DNA from: a virus
Strand: one strand, 5' to 3'
Virus record (IMG/VR): IMGVR_UViG_3300046171_000197
Length of the DNA stretch: 64,000 nt
Shown: piece after piece, positions 61,160-64,000 of the stretch
How the letters are laid out: the number at the start of each line of letters is the position of its first letter
Numbering within the stretch: the first letter of the stretch is position 1
Notes under the pieces: model-generated
Seen by the model: the letters and a program-made list of their open reading frames with translations, nothing else
What the model was told of the DNA's origin: nothing
Database searches by the model: none
Program-made: the position numbers and the translations under genes

Positions 61160-62461
61160 ATGAGTATACTGAACGTCAATAAAATTAATCCAGTCGGTGG
61201 TGGTTCTACAATAACCATTGCTGGAATTGCGAGTGTCACTGGTAATGTTACTGCTCCGAGTTTTGTGGGTGCTGTCACTGGTAATGTCACTGGTAATGCT
61301 GACACTGCATCAGGTTTAAGTGGCAACCCTTCAATTAATACTACTGGTATCGTTACTGCGACTTCTTTTGTACCAACAGTTGGACAACTCTCTCATCGAA
61401 ATCTTGTAATTAATGGAGCAATGACCATAGCGGAACGTGGTACGTCATCTACATCTTCTGGTTATTATACTGTTGATAGGTTTAAAGTTATTAATACTGG
61501 CACAGATGAATCTCCTACACAAGCACAAGTTGATGTTGCAAGTGGAACTACACCTTTTAGTTTAGGATTTAGAAAAGCATATAAAATTACAAACGGAAAC
61601 CAAACAAGTGGTGCTGGTGCTGGTGATTTTATTTGGATTCAAACCATTATAGAAGCACAAGATATAGCTAACTCAGGTTGGAATTATACTTCTAGTTCAA
61701 GTTATGTGACTTTATCATTCTGGGTAAAATCAAGTGTTGCACAAGAATTTAAGTTTTATGTAAGAACACAAGATGGTTCAAATAAAGCTTATGCCATGAC
61801 TACTGGTTCTTTATCTGCTGATACTTGGACTAAAATAACAAAAGCAATTCCAGGTCAGTCTGATTTACAATTTGATAATAATAATGGTGCTGGATTTGAA
61901 ATTAATGTTTTACCATTTATGGGAACAGATAGAACTGCAAATTCTGTTGCAGAAAATGAATGGCAAGGTTGGAATACTAGCGAAAGAATGAAAGATTTTA
62001 CCTCAACATGGTACACAACAAATGATGCGACATTTGAATATACAGGAGTTCAATTAGAAGTTGGTCCTGTAGCGACCCCGTTCGAGCACCGCAGCTTCGC
62101 AGATGAACTTAGACGTTGCCAGAGATACTATTATAAGAGTAGTAGATGGATGGGAGGTGCAAGAGGATCTTCAACATCTAGAAGTTTTGTAACAGATTTT
62201 GGAATGAGATTAACAGGAAGTGCTGTTAGTGGAGGAACATATACAAATACTGCTACTAGTGGTGGGGATGTTGTGTATATAGGAAGTAGTGCTACAAGAC
62301 AAGCTTCTGATGTGACTGCAAATTCACTAGGTGCTAGTTCAACATCATCTAATGGTAGTCTGCAACTCGGAGTTACAGTAGGATATGGAATAGGATCAGG
62401 TGATAATGGAATTGTCACAGGTCTTTATATTAATGGTTTTACTATAGATCACGAACTTTAA
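61160..62461 (+). CDS. Tail-fibre-like protein with carbohydrate-binding-like domain
   Basis: VTGNVTGN, HRNLVINGAM, TLSFWVKS, GVQLEVGPVATPFEHRS..ELRRCQRYY. Confidence 0.78.
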   Translation: MSILNVNKINPVGGGSTITIAGIASVTGNVTAPSFVGAVTGNVTGNADTASGLSGNPSINTTGIVTATSFVPTVGQLSHRNLVINGAMTIAERGTSSTSSGYYTVDRFKVINTGTDESPTQAQVDVASGTTPFSLGFRKAYKITNGNQTSGAGAGDFIWIQTIIEAQDIANSGWNYTSSSSYVTLSFWVKSSVAQEFKFYVRTQDGSNKAYAMTTGSLSADTWTKITKAIPGQSDLQFDNNNGAGFEINVLPFMGTDRTANSVAENEWQGWNTSERMKDFTSTWYTTNDATFEYTGVQLEVGPVATPFEHRSFADELRRCQRYYYKSSRWMGGARGSSTSRSFVTDFGMRLTGSAVSGGTYTNTATSGGDVVYIGSSATRQASDVTANSLGASSTSSNGSLQLGVTVGYGIGSGDNGIVTGLYINGFTIDHEL

Positions 62462-62465
62462 AATT

Positions 62466-62652
62466 ATGAACATTACAAACGTAGAAAAATTTAAAATGTA
62501 TCATCCTGATGGAACTGAGGATACTGCGATTACTTGGGTAAGAATAACATCATCTGATGGTGATAGTTGTGCGACTGGATATCCAAATGGAAGATGTGAC
62601 ACTGAGGTGAAAGCATGGGTTGACGCTGGTAATACAATTAGCAGAACTATAA
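62466..62652 (+). CDS. Small fibre-associated protein (fused to next gene in ORF track by an apparent indel)
   Basis: KAWVDAGNTI; removing one T gives IAEL-stop, overlapping a TATAAATA late promoter. Confidence 0.55.
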
Positions 62653-62660
62653 ATAAAACT

Positions 62661-62901
62661 ATGTCAACACTTAGAGCCAACATCATTGATTCTCACTCCA
62701 CTTCAACGGAGTTTAAAGAAACCATTACTGCAAATGGTGATAATCAGTGGTTAGATACTTATGGTGTAATCAAAGCAAATCGTGATACGATTGCTGAAAG
62801 TATTACCATTACCTTCTGGAACGAATGGTCTTTCATCAGGACCAGTAACGATTGCAGATGGACATACGATTACAGTCAATGGTGAGTGGGCAATCGTATG
62901 A
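62661..62901 (+). CDS. Small virion-like protein, paralogue of next gene (indel near 62810)
   Basis: TANGDNQWLDTYGVIKAN...IPSGTNGLSSGPVTI...VNGEWAIV. Confidence 0.65.
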
Positions 62902-63143
62902 CAAAAATAGTTGTCAATACAATACGTTCACAGACAGGAGTTACTTCTGTCACCTTTCACGATACAGTCACTGCAAATGGTAAGAAGCAATGGTTAGATC
63001 GTTTTGGAATTATCAAAGCAAACAGCACAGAAATTAATGAAAATGTTACTATCCCATCAGGAACAAACGGACTCACTGTTGGCACTGTCAAAGTGGGTGC
63101 AGGATATTCTGTCACAGTTCAGGGTAACTGGAGGGTAGTATGA
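62898..63143 (+). CDS. Small virion-like protein
   Basis: TANGKKQWLDRFGIIKAN...IPSGTNGLTVGTVKV...VQGNWRVV. Confidence 0.7.
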   Translation: MTKIVVNTIRSQTGVTSVTFHDTVTANGKKQWLDRFGIIKANSTEINENVTIPSGTNGLTVGTVKVGAGYSVTVQGNWRVV

Positions 63144-64000
63144 CAAGTAAGATAGTTGTTAATAATATAGAACCAGATGCAGGTATAAGCACAGTTTCAA
63201 TTCTTGGAATCGCAACTGCAACAAAATTTATTGGTGATATTGAGGGTGGTGTTACTGGTAATGTTACTGGTAATGTAACTGGTTCATCTGGATCTTGTAC
63301 TGGTAATGCAGCAACAGCAACTGTTGCGTCTGGTATCACAACTACAGCATCAGTAAACACTTCAGGTATTGTTACTGCGACTTCTTTTGTTGGATCAACA
63401 CCACTTTCTCATCGTAATGTCATAATTAATGGAGCAGCAATGGTGGCTCAACGTGGTGATACAACAAGTGGAGCAACAACTGGTGGTTATGCAACTGATA
63501 GATTTCAGGCAGTTCAAAACGAAACAGGAACCATAACTATTTCACAAGACTCTGATGCACCTTCTGGATTTAGAAAGTGTCATAGATTAACACAAACAAC
63601 AGCACAAGGTTCTTTAGCTGCTAATGATTTAACTACATTTAGATATAATGCAGAGGGTTATGATGTGCAAAGATTTAAAAAGGGAACTTCCGATGCAGAA
63701 CAATTTACAGTTTCATTTTGGGTTAAAAGTGTAGATCAGAGTTCTTATCCTGTAACATATATTCTTGAACTTAGAGATCCTGTTAATACTCGATCTTGTT
63801 GTAAATCTTATACTGTAACTGCTTCTAACACTTGGGAATATAAAACAATTACTTTCCCTGCCGACACAACGGGTCAGTGGGCTACCGATACTTCAAAAGC
63901 ATTGGAAATGAATTGGTTTGTAGCAGCAGGAAGTAATTATACTTCTGGAACTCTATCAACCACTTGGGCTGGAACTGTTACTGCAAATAGAGCACCAGGA
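63140..64000 (+). CDS. Tail-fibre-like protein, paralogue of 61160-62461 (3'-truncated by window edge)
   Basis: MTSKIVVNNIEP, VTGNVTGN, GIVTATSFV, HRNVIINGA, TVSFWVKS. Confidence 0.75.
   Translation, partial: MTSKIVVNNIEPDAGISTVSILGIATATKFIGDIEGGVTGNVTGNVTGSSGSCTGNAATATVASGITTTASVNTSGIVTATSFVGSTPLSHRNVIINGAAMVAQRGDTTSGATTGGYATDRFQAVQNETGTITISQDSDAPSGFRKCHRLTQTTAQGSLAANDLTTFRYNAEGYDVQRFKKGTSDAEQFTVSFWVKSVDQSSYPVTYILELRDPVNTRSCCKSYTVTASNTWEYKTITFPADTTGQWATDTSKALEMNWFVAAGSNYTSGTLSTTWAGTVTANRAPG

Noticed and set aside
62070-62105. GTTCGA GC-rich patch resembling a tRNA T-arm
   Set aside because: It encodes the conserved ATPFEHRS fibre motif and no cloverleaf forms; I found no tRNA in the window

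Overview
This is a 64-kb, AT-rich segment of a T4-like cyanomyovirus genome. pebS, ptox, psbN, talC and the low GC content point to a Prochlorococcus-infecting phage. It runs from the head genes (gp21 partial, gp22, gp23) through gp3, uvsY, uvsW, gp55, gp47, gp46, a CobT-like vWA/metallopeptidase plus CobS AAA+ pair, and the replication core (gp45, gp44, gp62, regA, hsp20, gp43, uvsX, gp41, mazG, gp61, nrdA, nrdB). It then passes a cluster of probable head-internal proteins, a variable region (ptox, fibre, S8 protease, SNase, a minus-strand trio of secreted proteins), a manA-like RNA before talC, and tail-fibre-like genes. Host-derived genes include def, pebS, speD, psbN, gcvP, PMM, ptox and talC. 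Many conserved genes carry single-base indels in short homopolymers, most simply explained as long-read errors. The most striking unexplained signal is ORF 3367-3918, just after gp23. It has a T4-type capsid-targeting leader followed by a 27/32-aa copy of this phage's own gp23 cleavage site and mature N-arm, with mostly synonymous differences. Other signals are capsid-targeted cargo proteins, two unassigned structured leader RNAs (26370-26440, 59024-59118), a ROSE-like thermometer on hsp20, an antisense promoter back-to-back with the gp55 promoter, and an HLR1/RpaB-like site before the manA RNA and talC. All calls come from reading the sequence and recalled family motifs; no database searches were run.
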